Notes: generated by a model not told the origin, from the letters alone. Shown: positions 30,205 through 40,008, numbered from the stretch's first letter. The stretch is DNA of 64,000 bases from Cyanobacteria bacterium P01_F01_bin.150 (GCA_039189765.1 JBCCYL010000008.1:73697-137696), one strand, 5' to 3'. Program-made: numbers and translations.

Positions 30205-30513
30205 ATGAAAGTTAAACTAGCCAGCCTTGCCATTACTTCTTCCATCCTTTTAGGAACGGTTGCTTGCGGTGCTAATCCCTGCGCAGGTGCCACGAAGCAG
30301 GAGAACGTTGATCCTTGTGCAGCGGCAGACCCCTGTGCGGCAGACCCCTGCGCAGCAAAGAGCGCCGATCCTTGTGCAGCAGACCCCTGCGCAGCAAAGA
30401 GCGCCGATCCTTGTGCGGCAGACCCCTGTGCAGCGGCTGATCCTTGTGCGGCTGATCCTTGTGCGGCAAAGAGTGCGGATCCCTGTGCGGCTGATCCCTG
30501 TGCTGGAAGCTAA
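30205..30513 (+). CDS. Cys-rich low-complexity lipoprotein with 12 (D/N)PC repeats
   Basis: Lipobox-like LGTVA-C21; then NPCAG plus 11 DPC units; synonymous variation between units; GAGGGA RBS. Confidence 0.85.
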   Translation: MKVKLASLAITSSILLGTVACGANPCAGATKQENVDPCAAADPCAADPCAAKSADPCAADPCAAKSADPCAADPCAAADPCAADPCAAKSADPCAADPCAGS

Positions 30514-30610
30514 GCTTGAACGTCAATCCAATTCTTCCCGTTTAGCGTTTCATTGTTCTTAAGACTTATCCTAAGCAGCTATGACATGGGCAAAAACTGG
30601 AAGGATATCC

Positions 30611-30655
30611 CTGAAGCCCCCGCTAAAGGGGGACTTCAGTTTCTAGCTTTTTTGA
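30611..30655 (+). terminator. GC-rich hairpin followed by T-rich tract between the two lipoprotein genes
   Basis: CTGAAGCCCCC-GCTAAA-GGGGGACTTCAG then TTTCTAGCTTTTTTG. Confidence 0.55.
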
Positions 30656-30822
30656 ATGAAGACGAACATCAGCCCCACACCTTGACAAACGGTGAATGGA
30701 GAGAATAATTCAGAGTTTTGAATCTCAAATATGTACCAGTAGCCTGAGTTAAAGACGTTAGCCTGGGCATAAAAGGCTTTCGCACCGATCACTGAATTGC
30801 ACACTAGCAAAGGGAAATCAAT

Positions 30823-31371
30823 ATGATTGTAAAAAAAATGTGGGTGGGTATGGCGATCGCGTCCACCCTTCTTCTCGGGACAGTCGCTTGTTCCGATAAA
30901 TCTACTTCAAGCGCAGAAAATGCCACCACATCGACTCAAGTCTCTGATGCTGGTGCTCCTAATGCCGATACCGTTACTCCTGATGCCGAAGTTGCGCTGC
31001 AGGTTAACGTGGAAGAGGGTGTTGCGATTGATGGAGCCGACCCAGTGGCCTACTTCACTGAAAGCAAAGCTTTAATTGGCGATGCTGCTTTTGCCCATGA
31101 ATGGCAAGGGGCGACCTGGCATTTTGCTAGCGCTGAAAATCGTGATCTCTTTGCGGAAAATCCCGAGCAGTATGCACCTCAGTATCTAGGCTATTGTGCT
31201 TGGGCCGTGAGCCAAGGATATACCGCTCCCATCGATCCAGAAGCCTGGAAGATTGTCGATGGGAAACTATACCTGAATTACGACAAGCGAGTTCAGGACC
31301 GCTGGTCTAAGGATATTCCTGGCAATATTGCTAAGGCTGATGCTAATTGGCCTGGTGTGCTAGCAAACTGA
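30823..31371 (+). CDS. YHS domain-containing lipoprotein, Cys form
   Basis: LGTVA-C lipobox; AIDGADPVAYF, WHFASAENRDLF, PEQYAPQYLGYCAW, WKIVDGKLYLNY, KADANWP. Confidence 0.88.
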   Translation: MIVKKMWVGMAIASTLLLGTVACSDKSTSSAENATTSTQVSDAGAPNADTVTPDAEVALQVNVEEGVAIDGADPVAYFTESKALIGDAAFAHEWQGATWHFASAENRDLFAENPEQYAPQYLGYCAWAVSQGYTAPIDPEAWKIVDGKLYLNYDKRVQDRWSKDIPGNIAKADANWPGVLAN

Positions 31372-31502
31372 AGAACCGCATCTTAGATTGCTTAGCTAAT
31401 GTCAGACGTGAACACTTAAGGTAAGCTTACGGAAGGCAGAATGCCTCATAACTTTGCATTAAAATGCAACTTAATTATTTTTTAGAAGAGTATTTAATGC
31501 TC

Positions 31503-31540
31503 AGAGAGGTAGGTAATGCCAGTGCAAACCTGCCTCTTTC
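31503..31540 (+). terminator. Hairpin downstream of the YHS gene
   Basis: AGAGAGGTAGGT...ACCTGCCTCTTT. Confidence 0.45.
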
Positions 31541-31715
31541 ATTATGAGTTTAAATAAAAGTCTTTTGAATTTTTATCGATCAGCTCTGAGTGTTTTAGGG
31601 CAGCCTTTGCTAGGCTGCTTTCTTAAAAGCCTGAATATCGGTAGCATCGATAACCCAAAACTGCCACCACGCAAACCAAATCTACCTGAATAGAGTGAAG
31701 TCACAAGATATCGAA

Positions 31716-31750
31716 CGGGATACTGAGGCACTCTGTGCCTCAGTATCCCG
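31716..31750. repeat. Perfect inverted repeat with 16-bp arms
   Basis: CGGGATACTGAGGCAC-TCT-GTGCCTCAGTATCCCG. Confidence 0.85.
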
Positions 31751-31928
31751 CATAAAAGACAAGCCGAGTGAGTTGAAATTTTATTCGTTCGCATAGGCGC
31801 AGTTTGAACTACAAAAAACTGCTCTAAATATGTTCTTAGATTACATAGAAATAAAGGATTAAGTGTTAGACAATAAGAAGTATTATCATCATCAGCATTT
31901 TTTACCAGTTCTTTAAGGAGTTTTAGAA

Positions 31929-34352
31929 ATGGCCCTCTCGTTCGCTACTCTCAATATTACTGACCTGCCTGCTGAAATATTAATTGCTAATCCAGGGCTT
32001 ACGAACGCTATAGCTAACGATAACCAAGATGATGCAAATACGATCCAAACGGTCGTTGATTGGTTGACTGGCCAGCGAGCAATGGGAGTTATGGATGAAA
32101 CAACCATCTATATTCCAGCAGGAACATTTGACCTAGCAACAAGTATTGAAGTCGACACTCCCAATATCATCTTTGAAGGGGCTGGTCCCGGATTAACCGT
32201 ACTCCAGAATGCAAACACGTTCCAAGTCGATACAGCAGAATTGGTTGATGTAGGTGTTAACATTAATTCCGTTAATCGCGATGCATATCTATTCGACCTA
32301 GATAAAAATGCCGATAATGTCATATTTAGAGACCTGACTGTCACAGGAGCAGAGGTTCATGGCGCAATTTTCGGCGTTAGGCTGGACGACCTAGAGATCA
32401 GTGAAGTTGAGTTCAATGATTTTGCATGGAGTTCTATCCGACTCTTTAATTCGAGTAATGCAAAAATCCATAACAACGTTTTCCTCGATGCTGGTGGACA
32501 GGCGAAAAATGGAGCTACAGGCGGTTCTATTTACGGAACATTCCTAGCAGATTCTGAAATATACAATAACGTTATCTCTCGGAGTGAAAATCGAGAAATC
32601 AATGTCTTCGGAATTAAAGGTCGTCAATTCAGAAATACTCGTATTCACCACAACACTATCAATGCTGGTTTTGCAATAGAGCTGCCATTCGAAAACGATC
32701 ATTTTGTAGAAATTGATCACAATTTTCTTAACGGCGCAGTTTCTATTCCAAAGTTCGGTGGAGGAAGTGTACCTGATAACGGTTTCACGTTTCATATTCA
32801 CCATAACTACTTCCAACGGTCTTACTCTCTAGAGTGGGCACGAAATGGTGCTGAAATTGACCACAACGTTTTTGCTCTTGATATTGAGCAAGATAGAGGC
32901 AATCTCATTTCAAACTTTGGAGATGAAGCAGCAGAAGGCCCTACAAAATTTCATAACAACCTCATCATTAATCCTGGGCGAGGAATTTTTTGGAGCGCTG
33001 GCGTTTATAACAACTTTTCCTTCTATAATAATGAAATCATTGCAAATGAAACTGTAACTCCCAGATCTGAAGGACTATTTAGCTTCAACGATAATACAGA
33101 CTTTAGTACCATTGAAATTAAAGACAACATCATTTCAGTAAACGGCATCCCTCGTCCACTCATCCGACGGGAAGCCAGTTACGCAGCAACAATTGAGAAT
33201 AATACCCTCATCAACGTTTCTGATGCTGACCAATTTGATAACCTCAACACTGGTGCCCCCCGTGGTCTGCTTGCCCCTCTGCTCTTTACCGTTGGTGCAA
33301 GGGATGAATTCACTGTTGATGGTGCTAATTTAAGTCCGACAGAGAACGGAGGGTTGCCTACCCTAAGTATTACAATCGACCCCGTCAGCATCTCGGAAAA
33401 TGGCGGCCTAGCAACAGCAACCGTTATCCGTGAGACAGCAACCAATGGAGACTTAACGGTTACTCTCTTCAGCAGTGATACTAACGCTGCCACTGTTCCT
33501 GCTGCTGTCACAATTGCTGATGGCGAAACGTCTGCTAGCTTTACAATTACGGCTGTTGATGACCCGGTGTTCGACCATACCCAAATTCCCACTATCCGAG
33601 CATCTGCGACAGGTTTTTTCCCTGGATTTAACACCATTAGTGTTACTAATGACGAGATGCCAACACGTATCACTAATCAGTTGCTAGCGCTTTACACCTT
33701 TGATGAAGGGACTGGTAACATAGTGGGCGATACCTCTGGAGTGGGTACAGCTCTGGATTTGACCATTGAGGACCCTAGTGATGTCACTTGGGGAACTGGA
33801 ACCCTAACCCTCAATGACCCTACGATAATTACATCTCCTGGCTTAGCCACTAAGCTAACGGATGGGTTAAAAACCACCAATGAACTCACCATTGAGGCCT
33901 GGATAGCACCTGAAAACACTACTCAGAAAGGTCCCGCTCGTATTGCCACGCTGTCGAGAGGTTCGCATAAACGGAACGTTACTCTGGGTCAGAATGGTGA
34001 TAAATATGACGTTCGCCTACGCACAACTGCAACGAATAAAAATGGGACCCCCTCAGTCTCTTCCCCTAACGGCTCTGTTACTACCGATCTAACACACGTG
34101 GTATATACTCGGGAGGCTGATGGTGATGTCTCTGTTTATCTCAACGGTGAGCTAGTCACCACTGGTAATCGAAGCGGTGATTTCTCTAACTGGGCCAATG
34201 ACTATCAGTTTATCTTGGGCAACGAATTAGGCTCTAACCGAGGTTGGTTAGGCACCTATGACCTGATAGCCTTGTACAATAAAGCCTTTGACCTCAATGA
34301 TGTGAGCCAAAATTTTCAGGCAGGTCCGAACGATATTGTTTCCGGTCTATAA
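31929..34352 (+). CDS. Right-handed parallel beta-helix protein with Ig/Calx-beta-like and LamG domains
   Basis: IYIPAGTF, repeated IHNN/IYNN/IDHN strands; ISENGG...VTIADGETSASFTITAVDD; LYTFDEGTG...LTIEAWI...VYLNG; AGGAG RBS. Confidence 0.82.
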   Translation: MALSFATLNITDLPAEILIANPGLTNAIANDNQDDANTIQTVVDWLTGQRAMGVMDETTIYIPAGTFDLATSIEVDTPNIIFEGAGPGLTVLQNANTFQVDTAELVDVGVNINSVNRDAYLFDLDKNADNVIFRDLTVTGAEVHGAIFGVRLDDLEISEVEFNDFAWSSIRLFNSSNAKIHNNVFLDAGGQAKNGATGGSIYGTFLADSEIYNNVISRSENREINVFGIKGRQFRNTRIHHNTINAGFAIELPFENDHFVEIDHNFLNGAVSIPKFGGGSVPDNGFTFHIHHNYFQRSYSLEWARNGAEIDHNVFALDIEQDRGNLISNFGDEAAEGPTKFHNNLIINPGRGIFWSAGVYNNFSFYNNEIIANETVTPRSEGLFSFNDNTDFSTIEIKDNIISVNGIPRPLIRREASYAATIENNTLINVSDADQFDNLNTGAPRGLLAPLLFTVGARDEFTVDGANLSPTENGGLPTLSITIDPVSISENGGLATATVIRETATNGDLTVTLFSSDTNAATVPAAVTIADGETSASFTITAVDDPVFDHTQIPTIRASATGFFPGFNTISVTNDEMPTRITNQLLALYTFDEGTGNIVGDTSGVGTALDLTIEDPSDVTWGTGTLTLNDPTIITSPGLATKLTDGLKTTNELTIEAWIAPENTTQKGPARIATLSRGSHKRNVTLGQNGDKYDVRLRTTATNKNGTPSVSSPNGSVTTDLTHVVYTREADGDVSVYLNGELVTTGNRSGDFSNWANDYQFILGNELGSNRGWLGTYDLIALYNKAFDLNDVSQNFQAGPNDIVSGL

Positions 34353-34381
34353 GTAAATCTCACGGGTTTGTATTTTAAGGC

Positions 34382-34412
34382 GGAAATTGCGACGCGTCGC
34401 GTCGCAATTTCC
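34382..34412. repeat. Perfect inverted repeat with 15-bp arms
   Basis: GGAAATTGCGACGCG-T-CGCGTCGCAATTTCC, preceded by a MITE-like end GGGTTTGTATTTTAAGGCG at 34364. Confidence 0.85.
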
Positions 34413-34589
34413 CTTTAGATTCTTCCCGGATTACGTTTTAAGTGTTTAAGGTTATATCTGATGACATTTAGGATAGGCAGTTACCTGAAAATCGTGGACT
34501 TAGGCAGGAGAGAGATTAAAAAAAAACTAAGAATCTTATGAGCCAGCTTTTATCCAGAACCTAAGCCCCATTCAGGGACAACATCCAAG

Positions 34590-35117
34590 CTACTTGAGTC
34601 GTTCGGCTTTTTGCCGACGGTTTATCTGATATTGATCATAGGCAACGCAGATCCAAGCACCAAATAGCATAAATGTATTTTTGTCCCAGCTCGCCTGATT
34701 ATTTGGAAGCAAGCCATTGGGGCCAATTAACCCAAACGCTAGCAAAAAGCTAAACAGCATCAGCATCATTACGATACCTGCCCAGCGTACAAAGCGGTTA
34801 ATCATCATCAACACGCCAACCAATATCTGCGTTGGCGGCAACAAATATGCATAGGGTAACGAAATAATAGGCGGCAACGGACCAATGCCTTCAAAACCCA
34901 TCCCCCACAAAAGCAGTTTGCCCTGGGTAACGGTTTCAAAAAAGCCGCCGGGTGAATAAAAATGTATAAGGTTTGAAGTGGCTGAAAGAACAAAGAAAAG
35001 CCCCAACATAATACGCATGACAGCAATAGAGAGTCTGAGCATACTGCGTTCAGATTGGAGACCGTTAGAGAGATCAGAGTCCATTAGCATAGTATTTGTC
35101 CTAAGTAGAGAGAGCAC
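34590..35117 (-). CDS. DoxX family membrane protein
   Basis: RIMLGLFFVLSA; about four TM helices; start uncertain (35090 possible). Confidence 0.7.
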   Translation of the reverse strand: MLSLLRTNTMLMDSDLSNGLQSERSMLRLSIAVMRIMLGLFFVLSATSNLIHFYSPGGFFETVTQGKLLLWGMGFEGIGPLPPIISLPYAYLLPPTQILVGVLMMINRFVRWAGIVMMLMLFSFLLAFGLIGPNGLLPNNQASWDKNTFMLFGAWICVAYDQYQINRRQKAERLK

Positions 35118-35139
35118 ATCGTCTTACCAACCGTGCAAA

Positions 35140-36582
35140 TTAGTCTTGTTGGTCCTCGGAGTCTGGACCGTACTGTAAATAATCGAGGAGGGTTGGAATA
35201 CCTGTTGGCTCAAGGGCTTTAGTAAACGTTGCGGGTCCAACCGTGCGCCATACTAGCAGGAAAGTAGCAGCAACAGTTGTAATCAATATGCCATCGCCGA
35301 CCCATTTAAATGGACCATGAGGAACAGGCTTTGGCCGCACTGAGGGGCTGTGGGCCTGAAACACTTCTTCGGTAATCCACTCGACTGTGGCTTTAAAGTT
35401 GTGAACCGGATTGGGTAAAAGCCTTACATAGGTGCCTTGACGCATCAAATGGCCTGCTCGCCCTGGAATCAAAACTTTGTCAAACAGATACGCCGCACCT
35501 TCTCTGAGTCCCAACTTCATTAGGGTGCCACGCAGGCTAACTTTTACTGGCTTGAGCGACTGTCCCTGGGCAAGCGCCATCAAGTTTGCAGCAATTCCAG
35601 CGCCCTGCTGATAGGCCACCTGGGCGGTCGGCGGTAGGGGAGAATCAAGGATTGAAACATCCCCACCCACAAACACATCTTGGAAAGAGGGAAGTTGCAA
35701 CGTTGGAAGAGCCTTTAAGCGACCAGCGCGATCGCGTTCCTCCACGGTCAGCGACTTCACCAAGGGATGAACATCGTTGCCCGCCGCCCAGACGATAGTG
35801 GCAGCCGGTAGCTCATGAACAGCATCGGCTTGCTTGTATTCAACTTTATCCTGGAAGATTTCCTGGACAGCAGCTTTGGACAGAATTTGCGGACGAACCA
35901 GGCGATTGTCTAGCGCATTTAGGGTCGTCTCTCGCAGAGTACCGTTCAGATCGCCTTTGAGGATTTTCTCGGCGCGATTCAAAACAACAATTTGAATCTC
36001 ATCGATATTCCCCCCCAGTTTGCGATACCACTGGGGCAGCAGGTCTCCTAAAGTAGCAGCCATTTCAATACCAGCGGGACCAGCCCCCACGATTGCGACC
36101 GTTAATAACGCCCGCCGCAACTGCGGATCTTTCGTTTGGCTGGCCTGCTGAAGCTGGGTGCGTAGGTGCTGACTAAGGGCGATCGCATCCGAGCCATCCC
36201 GTAAGGAAAACGTATGCTCTTTTGCACCCTGAATTCCAAAATAGTTAGAAGTACTACCCAGGCATAGGACAAGCTTTCCGTAGGCATAACATAGCCCTGT
36301 AGCCAGCTTAATTTCTTTTTTCGATAAATCGATAGCTGATACACTGTCTTGGACAAAGGTGATGGCATCGCAATTTAAAAGTTCCGCAAATCGGGGCCAC
36401 ACCTGATTAGTAGTCATCTCACCACTCAACAACTCATAGAGCAATGGCTTAAACACAAATCGTTCAGCCTGATCAATCAGGATAATGCGCTCTGGATAGC
36501 TTTTGTTACACAGGTGGAGGGCTGTAAATAATCCTGTAAAACCCCCACCCAAGATTACGGTGGGGAGTGTGGGTACATCCAT
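35140..36582 (-). CDS. Type II NADH dehydrogenase-like FAD/NAD(P) oxidoreductase with C-terminal membrane extension
   Basis: GGGFTGL, FKPLLYE, VGAGPAGIEMA, GGD...PPTAQVAYQQG. Confidence 0.88.
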   Translation of the reverse strand: MDVPTLPTVILGGGFTGLFTALHLCNKSYPERIILIDQAERFVFKPLLYELLSGEMTTNQVWPRFAELLNCDAITFVQDSVSAIDLSKKEIKLATGLCYAYGKLVLCLGSTSNYFGIQGAKEHTFSLRDGSDAIALSQHLRTQLQQASQTKDPQLRRALLTVAIVGAGPAGIEMAATLGDLLPQWYRKLGGNIDEIQIVVLNRAEKILKGDLNGTLRETTLNALDNRLVRPQILSKAAVQEIFQDKVEYKQADAVHELPAATIVWAAGNDVHPLVKSLTVEERDRAGRLKALPTLQLPSFQDVFVGGDVSILDSPLPPTAQVAYQQGAGIAANLMALAQGQSLKPVKVSLRGTLMKLGLREGAAYLFDKVLIPGRAGHLMRQGTYVRLLPNPVHNFKATVEWITEEVFQAHSPSVRPKPVPHGPFKWVGDGILITTVAATFLLVWRTVGPATFTKALEPTGIPTLLDYLQYGPDSEDQQD

Positions 36583-36718
36583 AGGGTCAATCGATGGCAG
36601 GGTTTAGATGAATCGTAGTAAAGTCGTGCTTTTATGAACTTAATCATCCTACACCCACTTCCAGAACGCATTAGCCAGACCCCAATCATAGATTAAGAAT
36701 CAATTAAAAATTTTATGA

Positions 36719-36798
36719 GGATATCAACTGTAGGTGAGCGGTGTGGGCGCGTCGCGTCCACACCGCCGTCAATTTTGTTTTGCCTTAGAACGAAACCC
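36719..36798 (+). repeat. ~80-bp MITE-like element
   Basis: GGATATCAACTGTAGG...GCGGTGTGGGCGCG-T-CGCGTCCACACCGC...GCCTTAGAACGAAACCC. Confidence 0.8.
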
Positions 36799-36813
36799 CA
36801 AATTGTATTGCTT

Positions 36814-39800
36814 TTACTGTTTGGGAAACGCTTTTATTTCTTCTGGAATAGACATGTCCTGGGATTCCAAAGATAAGTGGGGTAAACTACGGCGCTCAGG
36901 AGTCATTCGATCGACCAACGACTTAATAATGATGTAAATGACAGGAACCACAAACAGACTCAGAATTGTTGCTACTAACATGCCTCCAAACACAGCCGTG
37001 CCAAGCGATTGCCGACTGCCAGAGCCTGCACCAGTGGCAATAACCAGGGGAAAAATACTGCTCAAGGTGGAAATCGCCGTCATCAAAATAGGTCGGAGTC
37101 GCTGCTTTGACGCTTCAAGCGCTGACTTGACGATAGAATAGCCTTCTTCCCTCAGTTGGTTGGCAAACTCCACAATCAAAATCGCGTTTTTACTGGCCAG
37201 ACCAATCAGCATTACCAATCCAATCTGGCAGTACACATCATTGGGCAATCCCCTGAGGCTCTGGGCAACCAGCGCCCCCATAATTGCCAAGGGAACCACC
37301 AACATAATGATGAGCGGATCAGCAAAGCTTTCATAGAGAGCAGCTAAAACAAGGAAAACCAGAACTAGGCCAAGGGTAAAGATAATTGGGGCTTGACCAC
37401 CGGATTCCACCTCTTCTAGGGACGTTCCAGCCCATTCATATCCCAGACCAGGGGACAAAACTGCAGCAGAGACTTCTTCCATAGCAGCGATCGCCCTGCC
37501 TGAACTCGATCCGGGTGCTGGACCACCGTTGACTTGAATCGAGCGTAGGCCATTGTAATGGTTAATCGTTTGGGCTCCCGTGGTTTCAGTGAGCTTTACT
37601 AGATTACCCAGAGCAATCATCTCACCGCGCTGCGATCGCACATGGAGTAAATCAATATCACCAGGGTTATCTCTAAATGCCTGGTCCGCTTGCACATAGA
37701 CCCGATAGGTGCGTCGATCAAGGGTGAAATCATTGACGTATTGCGAACCAAGATAAGCCTGTAGGGTTTTAAACACATCTTCCACCTTTACCTGGAGGGC
37801 ATTGGCGCGATCGCGGTCCACCTCAATTTCAATCTGGGGCGTATTGGCAGCATAGGTACTAAACACCCCTTGCAACTCAGGATGTTCGTTGGCTGCACCT
37901 AAAAGCGGCCCTAAGGATTCAACAAACTGATCTAAGCTTAAATTGCCTCGCTGGTCCTGGAGCTGGTATTGAAAGCCCCCAAAATTGCCCAAACCACGCA
38001 GTGGTGGAGGATTAACCGCAAAGGCTCGCACTTCAGTCAGTTGAGACAGCGGCCCCTGGACTCGATCAATCACATTTCGAGCCGACTCAGCAGCAGAGCG
38101 TTGCGACCAAGGAATCAGTGGCGTAAAGATTACGGCACTATTGGCCACGTTACCGCTAAAGCCAAAGCCACCCACCGCAAATACAGCCCGAATTTCTGGA
38201 ATATCCGCATAGATAGCCTCGATCTTCTTCATGGCCTCATCGGTGTAGTTCAAAGACGATCCTTCTGGTCCCTGAACAATGGTAATAAAATAGCCTTGGT
38301 CTTCTTCCGGTAAAAAAGCTGAGGGAACGGCGTTATAAATCCAGACGGTGGAGGCCAGCAGAATCGCAAAAATCGCCAATACTAGATACTTGAGTCGATT
38401 GAGCCGACTCAAAATTGACTCGTACCAGCGCTGAAGATGCGCTTGCGCAGCGTTAACCGTGGAGAAAAGCGGTCGTAGCCAAGGAGCTGTAGGCGGATTA
38501 GGGCGCAGCAGAAAGGCGGAGATTGCTGGGGTCAAGGTGAGGGCATTAAAGGTGGAAACGGCGATCGCAAAGGCAATGGTCAACGCAAATTGCCGATACA
38601 GTGACCCAGTCGTACCGGGAAAAAACGCCACCGGAATAAACACCGCCATTAGCACCAGCGATGTGGCAATCACCGCCCCCGATAGTTCCTGCATCGCCTC
38701 AATGGTGGCCTGCATCGCAGATAAACCCCGCCGCTGAATCTTGGCGGCAATATCTTCCACCACCACAATGGCATCATCCACCACCATGCCCGTCGCCAGG
38801 GTTAACCCAAACAGCGTCAGACTATTAATAGAGAAATCAAACAGTTTGACAAAGGCAAACGTGCCAATCAACGAAATCGGGATAGTAATGGCGGGAATCA
38901 CCGTGGTGCGCCAGTCCTGTAAAAAGATAAAAATCACCAGGACCACCAGACCTACGGACTGAACCAAGGTCAGGGCCACTTTTGACAGCGATTGCTCCAC
39001 AAAATCGGTCGTATCAAAGCCAATGTCATAGGCCATATCCTCGGGAAACGCTTCAGATAGGTGGGCCATTTCGGCCTTTACGCCTCGGGCCACCGAGAGG
39101 GCATTGCTGCCAGGAATCTGATAGATTCCTAGTCCCACCGAGTTGTAGCCTTGAAAGCGCAGAAACGAATTATAGTTTTCTGCCCCTAGCTCAGCTCGAC
39201 CCACATCCTTCAATTTCACTAGGGTGCCATCGTCTCCGGTTTTTACCACCAACTCTTCAAAATCCTGGGTATCCTGAAACCGACTGACCGCTCTTAAATC
39301 AAGCTGATACTGCTGGTCCGCAGGCGCTGGCTGCTGGCCAATACGCCCCACTCCCACTTGGAGATTTTGTTCCTCTAATGCATCTACGACGTCCTGAGTC
39401 GTTAGGTCCCGACTGGCTAATCGAATGGGGTCGAGCCACACCCGCATAGCGTATTTTCGTTCACCAAAAATCCGGACATTGCCAACGCCTTTAACTCGCT
39501 TAAGCGCATTGACGATATACAGGTCGGCGTAGTTACTCAGAAAAATATTGTCAAATTCTCCCGTATCGGAATAAAGCCCAAAGCCCATCAAAATACTGCT
39601 GGATTCCTTTGTGACGGAGACTCCCGTGCGGGTCACGGGCGTCGGCAACTGCGGTTCTGCCACGGACACCCGATTCTGAATATCCACCGCTGCAATATCC
39701 TGGTCCCGATCAGGGTTGAGTGTCACGGTAATCGAACTCGTTCCACTGTTACTACTGCTGGAGGTCATGGAGCGCATTCCCTCCACCCCATTAATTTCCC

Positions 39801-40002
39801 GCTCTAAAATAGTAGTCACCGTGTCCTCGACCGTCCGCGCATCCGCCCCCACATAGTTCGCCCGCACCCGCACCTGCTTGGGCGTAATATCCGGATATTG
39901 GGCAATGGGCAACAGCGGAATACAGACACCTCCAATCAGCAAAGTGATCAGAGCACAGACGATGGTGAAGACGGGGCGTTTGATGAAGTATTGAATAAAC
40001 AT
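36814..40002 (-). CDS. RND efflux permease (HAE1/AcrB family)
   Basis: FIKRPVF, LPIAQYP, GMVVDDAIVVVE, LPEEDQG, KNAILIVEFA, RLRPILMT. Confidence 0.95.
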   Translation of the reverse strand: MFIQYFIKRPVFTIVCALITLLIGGVCIPLLPIAQYPDITPKQVRVRANYVGADARTVEDTVTTILEREINGVEGMRSMTSSSSNSGTSSITVTLNPDRDQDIAAVDIQNRVSVAEPQLPTPVTRTGVSVTKESSSILMGFGLYSDTGEFDNIFLSNYADLYIVNALKRVKGVGNVRIFGERKYAMRVWLDPIRLASRDLTTQDVVDALEEQNLQVGVGRIGQQPAPADQQYQLDLRAVSRFQDTQDFEELVVKTGDDGTLVKLKDVGRAELGAENYNSFLRFQGYNSVGLGIYQIPGSNALSVARGVKAEMAHLSEAFPEDMAYDIGFDTTDFVEQSLSKVALTLVQSVGLVVLVIFIFLQDWRTTVIPAITIPISLIGTFAFVKLFDFSINSLTLFGLTLATGMVVDDAIVVVEDIAAKIQRRGLSAMQATIEAMQELSGAVIATSLVLMAVFIPVAFFPGTTGSLYRQFALTIAFAIAVSTFNALTLTPAISAFLLRPNPPTAPWLRPLFSTVNAAQAHLQRWYESILSRLNRLKYLVLAIFAILLASTVWIYNAVPSAFLPEEDQGYFITIVQGPEGSSLNYTDEAMKKIEAIYADIPEIRAVFAVGGFGFSGNVANSAVIFTPLIPWSQRSAAESARNVIDRVQGPLSQLTEVRAFAVNPPPLRGLGNFGGFQYQLQDQRGNLSLDQFVESLGPLLGAANEHPELQGVFSTYAANTPQIEIEVDRDRANALQVKVEDVFKTLQAYLGSQYVNDFTLDRRTYRVYVQADQAFRDNPGDIDLLHVRSQRGEMIALGNLVKLTETTGAQTINHYNGLRSIQVNGGPAPGSSSGRAIAAMEEVSAAVLSPGLGYEWAGTSLEEVESGGQAPIIFTLGLVLVFLVLAALYESFADPLIIMLVVPLAIMGALVAQSLRGLPNDVYCQIGLVMLIGLASKNAILIVEFANQLREEGYSIVKSALEASKQRLRPILMTAISTLSSIFPLVIATGAGSGSRQSLGTAVFGGMLVATILSLFVVPVIYIIIKSLVDRMTPERRSLPHLSLESQDMSIPEEIKAFPKQ

Positions 40003-40008
40003 TGATTC

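Noticed and set aside
30310..30505. Possible CRISPR or non-coding tandem array
   Set aside because: Units are 15, 18 or 24 bp (multiples of 3) with synonymous variation and no unique spacers; this is a coding repeat. No cas genes are present.
30205..35117. Bufferin/oxazolin-like (MNIO) RiPP cluster, suggested by a Cys-repeat secreted peptide and a DoxX gene
   Set aside because: No DUF692/MNIO, radical SAM, YcaO or other maturase is recognisable in the window; modification in trans cannot be excluded.
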